A DNA stretch of 63,984 nucleotides, the filler included, from an uncultured bacterium (lineage in GTDB: Bacteria; CAZSTA01), in the NCBI GenBank assembly GCA_964609495.1. It is 4 parts of 4 records of this genome, joined end to end, with 100 filler letters (N's around TTAATTAATTAA, not from the genome) between each part and the next. Parts side by side here need not be neighbours in the genome. Positions count along the whole stretch, not along the records: positions 1 to 16,719 come from CAZSTA010000068.1; 3 more parts are not named here. One strand, given 5' to 3'. This document shows positions 1 to 9,783 of the stretch, piece by piece (within the stretch, counting starts at the first letter, position 1; each line of letters begins with the position of its first letter). The notes below the pieces were generated by a model, which worked only from the letters and a program-made list of their open reading frames with translations, was not told the origin of the DNA and did not search any database. The translations under genes and the position numbers were made by a program.

Positions 1-71
1 AAAATAAGTATCTCCACAATTAGAAATTCGGTCAATATATAATAAGGGAGTTTCTGAATTGCAGAATAGCT

Positions 72-1022
72 ATGAAATTATATAAGAAGTTTACTCTTAT
101 AATTTTACTGTTTTTGCTCATACCGCTGACAACGAACGCTCAGGAGAGGGCGAGGATCGGGATCATTCTACTCTCACGAAGCTCCGATATTGAGAGTGCG
201 ATTCGAGGTTTCAAAGATGCTATAGCTGAGAGAGGGACAGCCGTAGAATACAAAGAACAGGACGCTAAAGGGGGTATGGCAACCCTCATATCCACCTTAG
301 AAAGATTTATATCCTCTAAGATAGATATAATCTTAGCTCTTGATACCTTTAGTGCCCAAGCATCTTTGGAAGCCACCTCAAATATTCCGATCATAGTCTG
401 TGGGATCCCAGATCCAATTGAGGCAGGATTAGCGATTAGTATGTTCAGTTCAGGTAATAATCTAACTGGAGTGGTTCGTCAAGTATCTACTCTTAATATC
501 TTGCAAACTTTGAAGGATATATTACCCTCGGCGAAGAACCTGGGCTTCATCTATGATCACCGAGATCCTTCCGCTGAACTCAAGCTTAATATAGCGAGAG
601 GGGTATGCAGGGAACTCAACTTAGATTTGGTAGAAATAGGGCTCGAAGAAGAGGGAGATGCCTTTCGAGAGATCTATTCTCAATCAGATAAAGTGGAGGC
701 TTTTTTTGTAACCACTCCTCTTGCTTTCCCCTCTATAGAGGTAATATCACAGCAGGAGAAGATACCCATATTTGCTGATGATTTTTCCTTAATAGAGAAG
801 GGAGCGATCGCAGGATTAAAGGCAAACTATTATGAGTTGGGAAGGCAAGCGGGCGGAATAGCCCTCAGAATAATAAAAGGAGCTTCTCCCGAGAATATAC
901 CTCTTGAGTATCCCAACGAGAACGACTTGGTGATAAATTTGGAGATAGCAAAGCAGATCGAGGTGGATGTTCCCCTAAAGGTTATCTCTCAAGCTAAAAA
1001 GCTGATACTTCCCGAGGAATGA
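72..1022 (+). CDS. ABC transporter substrate-binding protein (ABC_sub_bind / TrpX-like family)
   Basis: Signal peptide; family-like segments NIPIIVCGIPDPIEAGL, GNNLTGV, YYELGRQAG, LVINLEIAKQI. Confidence 0.85.
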   Translation: MKLYKKFTLIILLFLLIPLTTNAQERARIGIILLSRSSDIESAIRGFKDAIAERGTAVEYKEQDAKGGMATLISTLERFISSKIDIILALDTFSAQASLEATSNIPIIVCGIPDPIEAGLAISMFSSGNNLTGVVRQVSTLNILQTLKDILPSAKNLGFIYDHRDPSAELKLNIARGVCRELNLDLVEIGLEEEGDAFREIYSQSDKVEAFFVTTPLAFPSIEVISQQEKIPIFADDFSLIEKGAIAGLKANYYELGRQAGGIALRIIKGASPENIPLEYPNENDLVINLEIAKQIEVDVPLKVISQAKKLILPEE

Positions 1023-1091
1023 ATATCTTATCTGCTTAGAAGCATATAAAATGAAGGATCAGATCCTAAATTTATATGCTTTTATTTTTTA

Positions 1092-1120
1092 TTGACATTA
1101 TAGACTGATTATGGTATAAT
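1092..1120 (+). promoter_or_regulatory. Consensus sigma70 promoter with extended -10 for the AbrB-MMPL operon
   Basis: TTGACA (1092-1097), 17-nt spacer, TGnTATAAT (-10 at 1115-1120). Confidence 0.85.
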
Positions 1121-1131
1121 ATATCAGGATG

Positions 1132-1168
1132 ATCATACTTATCATATTTATCATATCTATTCGTCATA
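1132..1168 (+). promoter_or_regulatory. Putative operator: ATCATA direct repeats with 9-bp period
   Basis: ATCATA at 1132, 1141 and 1150, GTCATA at 1163, just downstream of the -10 box and upstream of an AbrB-family gene. Confidence 0.5.
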
Positions 1169-1196
1169 AAGATATTGATTAGGGGAGATAGGCATA

Positions 1197-1469
1197 ATGA
1201 ACAGCAAGATCAATTGGAAGTGTTATGGATCGGCGACTTTAGGGGAAAGGGGTCAGATCGTTATTCCTATTGGAGCTCGCGGGGAATTCAAATTGGAGGC
1301 AGGAGATAAGTTGTTAGTATTCGGTGGTGTTGGAGATGCTATAGGGCTTAATTCTCTGATATTAATAAAAGCTGATGCCCTTTCCGAGTTTATAAGTAAA
1401 AGTATGGATGAGTTAAGCGATTTAATGAGGACCCTGGAAGATTTAAATAAGGTAGAGAAAACTAATTAA
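1197..1469 (+). CDS. AbrB/MazE/SpoVT family DNA-binding protein
   Basis: GSATLGERGQIVIP...R..FKLEAGDKLLV swapped-hairpin signature; GGGGAG SD. Confidence 0.88.
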   Translation: MNSKINWKCYGSATLGERGQIVIPIGARGEFKLEAGDKLLVFGGVGDAIGLNSLILIKADALSEFISKSMDELSDLMRTLEDLNKVEKTN

Positions 1470-1500
1470 GGAAGATTTAGCTGATAGGAGGAGGCAATTA

Positions 1501-3807
1501 ATGAGGAGAATCGTTCAATTTTGCGTGAGATATCCTTGGCTTGTCATCGCCATAGCTATCATCACTACGGGCATCTTTGGCTATTTCGCCAAGAGTATTG
1601 AGATCGACAATGATATTATGAATATGTTGCCACAAGAAGAGCCCGCGGTAAAAGCTATGGATTACATTGAAGATTGGTTTGGTGGCACGGGATCAGTTAT
1701 GGTAGGATTGGAAGCTGATAATATCTTCACCGCTGAGGTGGTCAAACAGATCGATGAATTAACCAAGAAATTAAAGGAGCTTAAGGATGTATATCGAGTT
1801 ATGAGCTTAACCAATGTCACTCAGATCATAGGCACTGAGGAGGGGATAGAGATCACCCCCTTGATCGGAATCGAAGAGGAACTTGAGGGGGAAATTCCTC
1901 AGACCGAGGATGAGTTAAAAGCCTTTCGCCAGCGAGTAATGGAAGAGGAGAGCTATGTAGGTTCCCTTATCTCCCCAGACGAGGAAGCAACTCTTATTAT
2001 GGCTACTCTGGAACCGGGGACTGATCCTGCAACTATAGCTGAGCAAGTGAAAGAGACCGTATCAACAGTCAATGGTCCTGCTAAGATCTACCTGTCAGGA
2101 CTTCATATCATGGAATATGAAGCTTTTATTAGCATCGGGAAAGATCTATCACGTCTGGCCCTCTTTTCAGTTATAGCTCTGGTGCTCATCCTCTATCTGA
2201 GTTTTCGTAGTCTTAGGGGAGTCCTTCTCCCCTTGCTCAATGTGGTCATCAGCACGATCTGGGCTATAGGATTGATGTCCATTCTAGGTTATAAGATCAC
2301 TATAGTTGGAATTGCCCTCCCAGTGCTTCTCATCGCTTGTGGAAGCGCCTATGCGATTCATGCTCTCAGTCGCTATATTGAGGAGTTGGAGAATAACCAG
2401 CCAGGTCGCTCGAAGAAGGAAGCTTTGGTAGATGCTATAAGCTATGTAGGTGTGCCGATCTTTCTGGCCGCGATAACGACTATGTTCGGATTCGGCTCCT
2501 TAGTTACCTCTAGCATCATCCCCATTCGCAGTTTTGGATTATTCACCGCTTGGGGTATCTTCGTAGCTTTCGTTTATTCGGTAACCCTTGTTCCCGCAAT
2601 CCTCTCCCTACTCGGCATACCCCGGCATATTGAAACTGGGAAGAGCAAAGAGGGGTGGCTGAATAGGGCGCTAGGAGCTATTTCTACTCTGCCTGTTCGT
2701 CGTCGCTGGTGGGTAGTCGGAGCTGCGGCTCTCTTGACCGTCATCTCCATAGCTTATCTACCTAGCTTGAGATGGGAAACTGAAACTGGCTCTTTTTCAG
2801 AGGAGAGTCCTATAGAGAAGGCTAGTAAATTTATAGAGGACAGATTTGGTGGTTCCGCCTCTGTGGATATCGTAGTTGAGGGTGATATCAAAGATCCACA
2901 AGTGTTGAAGGCAATAGATGCAACCTCAAAGGATTTTGAGGATAATCCTTATCTTCGCTATCCTCGCTCGGTTGCAGGTATCATTAAGGATATGAATGTA
3001 GCTATGAATGAAAACGATCCCGCTTACGACATCGTTCCTGATAATCGCCAATTGATCGCCCAATATCTGCTTCTTTTCACTATGTCCGATGAGGAAGGAA
3101 GCTTAGGGGGTATGCTCACTTTCAGTGAAGATAAGGCTCTTATCTCCGCACGCTCTGATACTGATTTAGGGACATCTGAATTAAGAGAATTAGTGAATGA
3201 TATTCGCTCTTCCCTGGACAAGAACTTCGAGGAATTGGACGTGAATCTTATCTTGACTGGGATGCCTTCTATATTACTGATGATGGGTGATCTCCTTCGA
3301 ACCAGTCAATTGTATAGTCTCCTAGCCTCAATTATTGCGGTTGGGTTAGTGCTTATGTTGATCTTTCGCTCCCCTTCCGCTGGATTGCTTAGTATGGTGC
3401 CTATCGGTCTCACTATCCTGTGGAATTTCGGATTGATGTCGGCAAGAGGAATCCCTCTGGATATAGTCACAACTATGCTCGCTAGCATCGCTTTAGGTAT
3501 CGGAGTAGATTATACGGTTCATATCATATCTCGTTATCGTGAGGAGCTGCAGCGAGACAGTTACCCAGATATCGAACAAGCGGTTACCACTAAAATTCGA
3601 ACCACAGGTAAGGCTATCATCTACAACGCAACCGCAGTTCTAGGTGGTTTTGGGGTATTAATGCTTTCAGAATTTCCTCAGATCGATATTTTTGGCGAGT
3701 TAACTGCTTTGATGACCATTGTTAGTGTCATCGGGGCTTTGCTTGTTCTTCCTGCTTTGATACTGGTTATTGGCTTCACCTTCAAGAGAAGTAAAGTTAA
3801 GCAGTAG
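1501..3807 (+). CDS. MMPL/RND superfamily transporter (HAE3-like)
   Basis: 768 aa, duplicated architecture of TM + large loop + 5 TM; IALGIGVDYTVH in the second half; GGAGG SD. Confidence 0.9.
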   Translation: MRRIVQFCVRYPWLVIAIAIITTGIFGYFAKSIEIDNDIMNMLPQEEPAVKAMDYIEDWFGGTGSVMVGLEADNIFTAEVVKQIDELTKKLKELKDVYRVMSLTNVTQIIGTEEGIEITPLIGIEEELEGEIPQTEDELKAFRQRVMEEESYVGSLISPDEEATLIMATLEPGTDPATIAEQVKETVSTVNGPAKIYLSGLHIMEYEAFISIGKDLSRLALFSVIALVLILYLSFRSLRGVLLPLLNVVISTIWAIGLMSILGYKITIVGIALPVLLIACGSAYAIHALSRYIEELENNQPGRSKKEALVDAISYVGVPIFLAAITTMFGFGSLVTSSIIPIRSFGLFTAWGIFVAFVYSVTLVPAILSLLGIPRHIETGKSKEGWLNRALGAISTLPVRRRWWVVGAAALLTVISIAYLPSLRWETETGSFSEESPIEKASKFIEDRFGGSASVDIVVEGDIKDPQVLKAIDATSKDFEDNPYLRYPRSVAGIIKDMNVAMNENDPAYDIVPDNRQLIAQYLLLFTMSDEEGSLGGMLTFSEDKALISARSDTDLGTSELRELVNDIRSSLDKNFEELDVNLILTGMPSILLMMGDLLRTSQLYSLLASIIAVGLVLMLIFRSPSAGLLSMVPIGLTILWNFGLMSARGIPLDIVTTMLASIALGIGVDYTVHIISRYREELQRDSYPDIEQAVTTKIRTTGKAIIYNATAVLGGFGVLMLSEFPQIDIFGELTALMTIVSVIGALLVLPALILVIGFTFKRSKVKQ

Positions 3808-3884
3808 TTGATATTCGGAAAGAGCCCGATTTAATAGTCGCAAATTTTTAGTCAAACTAATTTTTAGGGATAGGAGGTCGAAAA

Positions 3885-4643
3885 ATGGTTAGAAAAGTTA
3901 TAATTCTGGGATTGCTCATCATCTTTTCTCTATCCTTGGTAGCGATAGCCGAGGAGGAGTTGACCGGAAATGAGATTCTGGAGAAGGTGGATGAGCAGAA
4001 TCAAGCTGAGGATGGGAAGATCAAGGTAAAGATGACCATCGTCAACGAGAAGGGGCAGAAGATGGAGCGTCAGTTGGAGATATTTACCAAAACCGGTGAT
4101 GATGATAAAAGTTTGATCACCTTTCTCTCTCCAGCTGATGTCGAGGGAACTAAGTTCTTAACCGTTGGAGATGATATGTGGCTATATCTCCCCGCTTTGG
4201 GAAAAGTGCGTCGTATCGCCTCCCATATGGAAAATCAGAGCTTTATGCAGAGTGATTTCAGCTATTCGGATATCGGGGGTATGGGCTCAAGCTATGAAGA
4301 GGATTACGATGCTACGTTGATCGGCAGTGAGGAGATCGAGGGTAGCGATTGCTATGTCCTGGAGTCACAGGTGACGAAGGAGGACAGCGAATATGATAAA
4401 GCCAAGGTGTGGGTGCGCAAGGATATCTTTCTGGTAGTGAAGGTTGAGCTTTATGAGGATAGCGATTTGAAGAAGCTTCTCATTATGAGTGATGTTACCC
4501 AAGAGGGCGAGTATTGGATCGGACATCATATCGAGATGCATACCGTAAAAAAGGGTTCGAAAACCGTTATGGATATGGAAAGCGTCGAATTCGATATTGG
4601 TCTTGATGATAGTTACTTCACAAAACGTTACTTAGAGAGGTGA
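3885..4643 (+). CDS. Outer-membrane lipoprotein-sorting (LolA-like) protein
   Basis: Signal peptide; FLSPADVEGTKFL, MWLYLPALGKVRRI, FMQSDFSYSD motifs; typical position after MMPL. Confidence 0.88.
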   Translation: MVRKVIILGLLIIFSLSLVAIAEEELTGNEILEKVDEQNQAEDGKIKVKMTIVNEKGQKMERQLEIFTKTGDDDKSLITFLSPADVEGTKFLTVGDDMWLYLPALGKVRRIASHMENQSFMQSDFSYSDIGGMGSSYEEDYDATLIGSEEIEGSDCYVLESQVTKEDSEYDKAKVWVRKDIFLVVKVELYEDSDLKKLLIMSDVTQEGEYWIGHHIEMHTVKKGSKTVMDMESVEFDIGLDDSYFTKRYLER

Positions 4644-5929
4644 TTTCTTTGAGATTTTCTGATTGGGGAAAAGGAGTAATATTTCTCGCAGTTTTCTCCC
4701 TCTTACTTCCCTACTCCATCGGGGTTTTTGCCGCTGATTTTAAGTGGAAGGGAGAGGTGGAGACAAGCCTTAGTTATACCTTTGCCAAGGAAGAAACGGA
4801 GCTCTCTGAGGCTGGAGGACAGCTTAAGCTCGAATTGGAGATAGAGCCAGATATGGATGCTTCTGGATATGTATCGTTAAAAGCAGTGAAGGATTTTACT
4901 GATTCCAACAGCTCTACCTCTCTATCTATAGATGAGGCTTACCTTAACCTTTACTTAGAGGATGTTGATACTCGACTCGGTTTACAAGAGATCTCCTGGG
5001 GGACAGGATTGGGGTTTAATCCCACCGATAACATTAATCCCCCTGATCTGAAAGGCTTCCCTCGCGAGTATGAGAAGCTCCCGGTATGGGCGATGAAGCT
5101 CGATTATTACTTCGACGACTGGGAAGTTACTGGAGTTTATATTCCTGCTTTTGTTCCTGCTGAGATTCCTCCTGAGATGATGGGAGATTTTCCTGCTCCT
5201 CCGCCACCTCCAGGGATGACTATCGTAGTCGATCCTCTTGTTGAGCAATTACCGGAGATGACTTTGGATAATGCTGAATATGCTTTCAAGATCGCTACCA
5301 GTATCCCTCGAGTCGATATGTCTCTAAGTTATTTTAAGGGAAGAGAGGATTCACCTCAAATCTGGATAGAGCAAACTCAGGATCCCGAAGATCCAACGAT
5401 TATCCATCTTATTCCTCATGCTGTATATCCTTGGATAGATGTTATCGGAGCTGATGCGATCGCTTCTGTCCCCATAGATTTTATCAAGGAGGATGAGGAG
5501 ATCGGAGTTTGGCTCGAGATGGCTTATTTCATTCCCGAGGAATTAGAGGAATTAACCGATCCCCAGAACGAGCCCTATCTGCAAGGGATCGTGGGAGCAG
5601 ATTATACCTTCGAAGATGGACCTTATACGGCTCTACAATATATGTATCGGGGCGAGGGAGCGAAGGAGGGACTAGATAACAAGCCTTTAAGACAGGCGAA
5701 TATTTTAGCTGGTGAACTCTCCCTTGATTGGGAAGATGATTGGAGTTCAGACATGTCCCTAATCTGGAATATGGATGATGGCAGTGGAGCGATTCTCCCT
5801 CGAATCGATTATCGTGCTGCTACCTCCACCGAGATAAGTTTGGGATTTGCCTTCTTCTTAGGAGAGGAAGATAGCCAATTTGGTCAGCTCGATAATCAAA
5901 TCTCCCTTGGAATGAAGGAGAGTTTTTAG
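4640..5929 (+). CDS. Putative outer-membrane beta-barrel (DUF1302-like)
   Basis: Signal peptide; EAYL..RLGLQEISWG..NPTD; terminal Phe; GTGA overlap with the LolA-like gene. Confidence 0.7.
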   Translation: MISLRFSDWGKGVIFLAVFSLLLPYSIGVFAADFKWKGEVETSLSYTFAKEETELSEAGGQLKLELEIEPDMDASGYVSLKAVKDFTDSNSSTSLSIDEAYLNLYLEDVDTRLGLQEISWGTGLGFNPTDNINPPDLKGFPREYEKLPVWAMKLDYYFDDWEVTGVYIPAFVPAEIPPEMMGDFPAPPPPPGMTIVVDPLVEQLPEMTLDNAEYAFKIATSIPRVDMSLSYFKGREDSPQIWIEQTQDPEDPTIIHLIPHAVYPWIDVIGADAIASVPIDFIKEDEEIGVWLEMAYFIPEELEELTDPQNEPYLQGIVGADYTFEDGPYTALQYMYRGEGAKEGLDNKPLRQANILAGELSLDWEDDWSSDMSLIWNMDDGSGAILPRIDYRAATSTEISLGFAFFLGEEDSQFGQLDNQISLGMKESF

Positions 5930-5976
5930 ATAAGTTCATATTAAGGAGTGAAGATAGAAGAAGTTTATCCACTGAG

Positions 5977-6014
5977 TACCAGCTCTTTTTAGGAAGGGCT
6001 GGTATTTATTTATT
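5977..6014 (+). terminator. Intrinsic terminator of the MMPL operon
   Basis: TACCAGCTCTT...AAGGGCTGGTA stem followed by a T-rich tract. Confidence 0.65.
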
Positions 6015-6026
6015 TAGGAGATAAAG

Positions 6027-7187
6027 ATGAGTAAAGAAGCCTTTTCCGTAGTTGTTATTGGCGGAGGTGTAATAGGGACCTCCGTTGCTTATTATCTAGC
6101 TAAGGAGGGAGTGGATGTTGCCTTAGTGGAGAGGGGAGGCTTATGCTCAGGAACCTCGAAAGCATGCGATGGCTTCATAGCCTTGGAGAATAAAACTACT
6201 GGTCCTAATCTCCAATTGGCTCTAAGAAGCATAAAGTTATATGAGGAACTTGCGGGAGAATTAGATCATAACATCGAGTATCGACAATGTGGAGGATTAC
6301 TTCTCGCTAAGACGGAGGAGGAATTAGACTCTCTTAGGATATTAAAAGAGGAACTAAAACAAGCTGGGCTTGAGACTGAGCTAGTCGATAGAAGTGATCT
6401 AAGAATGATGGAATCCGCTTTATCCTCCGAGATAATAGGTGGGCTTCATTCTCCTTCGGATGGTCAGGTCAATCCCATGAAAGCGACTTTAGAACTCGCA
6501 AGAGCCTCCCAAAAGTATGGGGCGAAAATCTTTACTTATGAAGGAGTTTGTGGTATAATTAAAATAAAGGATTCTATAAGTTCCGTAGTTACTAACAGTA
6601 AAACTATACATACGAAGTTTGTAGTCAATGCCTCTTGGGTTTGGGCTCCTCTGATCGGAGAGATGGTAGGGCTGAATATCCCAGTCGTTCCTCGTCAAGG
6701 TCAGCTTTTGGTAACTGAGAAGGTTCCTCCCCTCCTAAATAAAGTTATGCTAGCCGCAGGATACTTGACGGTTAAATACGGTGATAGGGGGAGAGAAGAG
6801 CTAGGAGTTAGTTTTGCCGGTGAACAAACTAAGGATGGAGGAATCTTGATAGGCAGTTCAAGGCAATTCGTTGGATATAGCACTCGAGTCGAATTAAGGG
6901 TGATAAAAGCTATAGCCCACGAGGCGATAAGCTTCATTCCTCGTCTGAAAGATATACATTGTATCAGAACCTACGCTGGTCTTCGCCCCTACACTCCCGA
7001 TCACCTCCCTATACTGGGAAAGGTAGATGAAATCGAGGGTTTCATTATAGCGGCGGGGCATGAAGGAGACGGAGTAGCTCTGGCACCTATTACGGGTAAG
7101 CTCATAGCCGAGTTGATAACGAAGGGTAAGACAAGCATATCTTTGGATAGATTCAATTTAGCTAGATTCAAGAAAGGAGATATTTAG
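6027..7187 (+). CDS. FAD-dependent oxidoreductase, DadA/glycine oxidase/sarcosine oxidase-beta/proline dehydrogenase-beta family
   Basis: VVIGGGVIG FAD motif; YAGLRPYTPDHLPILG; AAGHEGDGVALAP. Confidence 0.9.
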   Translation: MSKEAFSVVVIGGGVIGTSVAYYLAKEGVDVALVERGGLCSGTSKACDGFIALENKTTGPNLQLALRSIKLYEELAGELDHNIEYRQCGGLLLAKTEEELDSLRILKEELKQAGLETELVDRSDLRMMESALSSEIIGGLHSPSDGQVNPMKATLELARASQKYGAKIFTYEGVCGIIKIKDSISSVVTNSKTIHTKFVVNASWVWAPLIGEMVGLNIPVVPRQGQLLVTEKVPPLLNKVMLAAGYLTVKYGDRGREELGVSFAGEQTKDGGILIGSSRQFVGYSTRVELRVIKAIAHEAISFIPRLKDIHCIRTYAGLRPYTPDHLPILGKVDEIEGFIIAAGHEGDGVALAPITGKLIAELITKGKTSISLDRFNLARFKKGDI

Positions 7188-7188
7188 T

Positions 7189-7650
7189 ATGACTATAGAG
7201 GGGAAATTAAAGCAGATAGGGGTAGAACTACCTCCAGTTCCCAAGCCTCTTGCCGCTTATATACCGGCGGTAAGGACGGGGAATCTGCTATTCGTAGCTG
7301 GGCAAGGTCCTGTTCTAAGTGGCCAGATGCAATATAAGGGAAAGGTAGGAAAAGAGCTGACCTTAGAACAAGGGTATGAGGCGGCTAAAATCTGTGCTCT
7401 CAATTGCCTAAGCATAGTTAAAGATGAGATCGGGAGCCTGGATAAAGTGAACAAGATCGTAAAAGTAGTGGGATATGTAGCCAGTGCGCCTGGTTTTAAC
7501 GATCAACCAAAGGTTATAAATGGAGCCTCTGAATTTCTAGTTGAGTTATTCGGAGAGAAAGGAAAGCACGCCAGAGTTGCCGTGGGAACAAATGAACTGC
7601 CTTTAGATATACCTGTAGAAGTGGAGATTATCGTTGAGATAGCGAGCTAA
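7189..7650 (+). CDS. RidA/YjgF family imine deaminase (Rid1-like)
   Basis: AYIPAVRTGNLLFVAGQGP, NGASE, GKHARVAVG, LPLDIPVEVE. Confidence 0.92.
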   Translation: MTIEGKLKQIGVELPPVPKPLAAYIPAVRTGNLLFVAGQGPVLSGQMQYKGKVGKELTLEQGYEAAKICALNCLSIVKDEIGSLDKVNKIVKVVGYVASAPGFNDQPKVINGASEFLVELFGEKGKHARVAVGTNELPLDIPVEVEIIVEIAS

Positions 7651-7813
7651 GATATTACGAGGTTTAAAGAGTGGAATTAGGGAAAAAGGGTCGGATTGTT
7701 TGGTCATCTAACGGAAGCCTTGGGAGAGTTTGAGCAGGGGATCAAAAATGTCTCTTGAAAATACCCTCGAAGTAATTCCCTTCGATATACCACTAGAGGG
7801 GAGGGGAAGTTAG

Positions 7814-9457
7814 ATGGTGAGGAAAAGGGCTCCCACTATTTTGATCGTAGATGATGACATCAATATGGTTCGAGCTATCGAGGTTTTACTAAGGAAAGAG
7901 GGTTATTCCACTATCTCCGCAGGCTCTGGCGAAGATGTCTCAATCATATTGGGCTTGGAGAACACAAACGGAAAACCAAAATCCACGAGAGGTAATGATA
8001 TCGATTTAGTGATCTTAGATATTACGATGCCTCGAATAAATAGTTATGAAGTGTGTAAGAGGATAAAGAGCGATGAGCAACTAAAATATATCCCGGTAAT
8101 TATGCTTACCGCTAAAAGTAGTGTGGAGAATATGGTAGAAGGACTAGAATCGCCTGCTGATGATTATATTCCTAAACCTTTTAGGAGCGAGGAGCTGATC
8201 GCTAGAATCAAAGCTATGCTCAGGATAAAGGAGATGGAGCAGGAACTTCTTCATCGCAACAAGGAGCTGGAGAAGTTATATAGGTTTGGAATAATGTTGA
8301 ATGCGGAGCAAGATATAGATAAACTCCTGTCTCTAGTCATATCTCAAGCTGTGGAGTTATCAGAAACCGCCGCAGGAATACTGATGCTCTTGGATAACCA
8401 TAAACAGGGACTGGAGGTTAGAGCTAGCCTAGGGCTAGAGGTTGAGGAGGAAAAGCTTATAAGAGAGGAAGAATATAAATATTTGTTGGAGGAAAGTGAA
8501 CCTCTCCTAATAAATAATCTTAGAGGAGATAATATCGCAGGAGTTGAAAAAGCTATTTTTGTTCCTCTTGTCTCGAAGAATAAAACTATAGGAATTATGA
8601 TGGTCTTCAATAGAAAAGGAGAGGAGGTGGATTTTTCCCCCAGGATTTTTCGCCTATTAGCCACCTTTGCTAATCAGGCGGCTATAGCTATTGAAAATGC
8701 AATGTTATATAGAAAGCAACTAGAATCTGCTAAGGAATTTCAAGAAGTGCTTAAGCGCCTGGAGGAGAAGAATAGAGAGCTGGAGAGTTTTTCCTATAGT
8801 GTTTCCCACGATCTAAAAGTTCCCTTAGTTTCCATAGGAGGATTCGCCGCCCTATTACTAAGGAGGTTCTCTGGGACCTTAGATGATAGGGGGAAGTTGT
8901 ATCTTCAGCGGATAAATGAGGATGCCAAGAGGATGGGTGGCCTAATTCAAAGCCTTCTGGAGTTATCTAGAGCAGGCAGAGTCTTAAGTGAATTCGAAGA
9001 TATCGATGTTAAAGATATGCTTGATCTTATATATAGTGAGCTTGAGCCCCAACTTAAGGAGAAAGATATCAAATTATACATCCAGAAAGACATACCAATG
9101 ATCAGAGGGGAGAGAGAAGGTCTATTCCGAGTCTTTATAAACCTTATTGATAATGCGATAAAGTATATAGGGAGTGGAGAGGACAAAAGGATCGAGATCA
9201 GATGTGATGATTTGGGGGAGCAATGGCGGTTCTGCGTATGCGATAACGGAATAGGTGTCCCCGATAATTATCAAGAGACGATATTTGCGGTCTTTGAGAG
9301 AGTGCCTGAAATGGATAGAGAGGGTCTTGAAGGCACAGGGGTGGGCTTATCCATAGTCAAAAAGATAATTGAGGCACATAACGGTAGAATCTGGGTGGAA
9401 TCGGAGGAGGGAAAAGGGAGTTTCTTCTACTTCACTATACCCAAAAATATATGTTGA
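7814..9457 (+). CDS. Hybrid signalling protein: N-terminal receiver + GAF + HisKA/HATPase histidine kinase
   Basis: ILIVDDD/DLVILD/KPF receiver; ANQAAIAIENA GAF end; FSYSVSHDLKVP H-box; NLIDNAIKY; GTGVGL. Confidence 0.92.
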   Translation: MVRKRAPTILIVDDDINMVRAIEVLLRKEGYSTISAGSGEDVSIILGLENTNGKPKSTRGNDIDLVILDITMPRINSYEVCKRIKSDEQLKYIPVIMLTAKSSVENMVEGLESPADDYIPKPFRSEELIARIKAMLRIKEMEQELLHRNKELEKLYRFGIMLNAEQDIDKLLSLVISQAVELSETAAGILMLLDNHKQGLEVRASLGLEVEEEKLIREEEYKYLLEESEPLLINNLRGDNIAGVEKAIFVPLVSKNKTIGIMMVFNRKGEEVDFSPRIFRLLATFANQAAIAIENAMLYRKQLESAKEFQEVLKRLEEKNRELESFSYSVSHDLKVPLVSIGGFAALLLRRFSGTLDDRGKLYLQRINEDAKRMGGLIQSLLELSRAGRVLSEFEDIDVKDMLDLIYSELEPQLKEKDIKLYIQKDIPMIRGEREGLFRVFINLIDNAIKYIGSGEDKRIEIRCDDLGEQWRFCVCDNGIGVPDNYQETIFAVFERVPEMDREGLEGTGVGLSIVKKIIEAHNGRIWVESEEGKGSFFYFTIPKNIC

Positions 9458-9783
9458 GAAGATATTTACGCCTAGAAAATCATCCTATACTCATCAAATT
9501 TGAAAGAGGGAGAAAAGTTAAGATAACGGTTGATGGAGAGATGATAGAAGCCTTCGAAGGAGAGCCAATCGCTATCGCTCTCTACGCTAGTGGGAGGAGA
9601 AAACTAAGGGTTACCTCTAAATTAGGTCAACCTCGAGGTATATTCTGTGCTTTGGGAAGATGCACTGATTGTTGTTCGATAGTCGATGGAAGACCAAATG
9701 TGCGAACTTGTGTTACTTATGTAAGGGAAGGTATGAAGGTCGAAACTCAAGAGGGATTGGGGAGCTGGAATATCGAGGGATGA
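9451..9783 (+). CDS. (2Fe-2S)-binding subunit (HcnA / sarcosine oxidase alpha N-terminal-like)
   Basis: GIFCALGRCTDC...VDGRPNVRTC. Confidence 0.9.
   Translation: MLRRYLRLENHPILIKFERGRKVKITVDGEMIEAFEGEPIAIALYASGRRKLRVTSKLGQPRGIFCALGRCTDCCSIVDGRPNVRTCVTYVREGMKVETQEGLGSWNIEG

Noticed and set aside
9669-9779. Longer start of the 573-aa oxidoreductase ORF
   Set aside because: Overlaps the 2Fe-2S gene in another frame; ATG 9780 gives ATGA coupling directly before the FAD motif.
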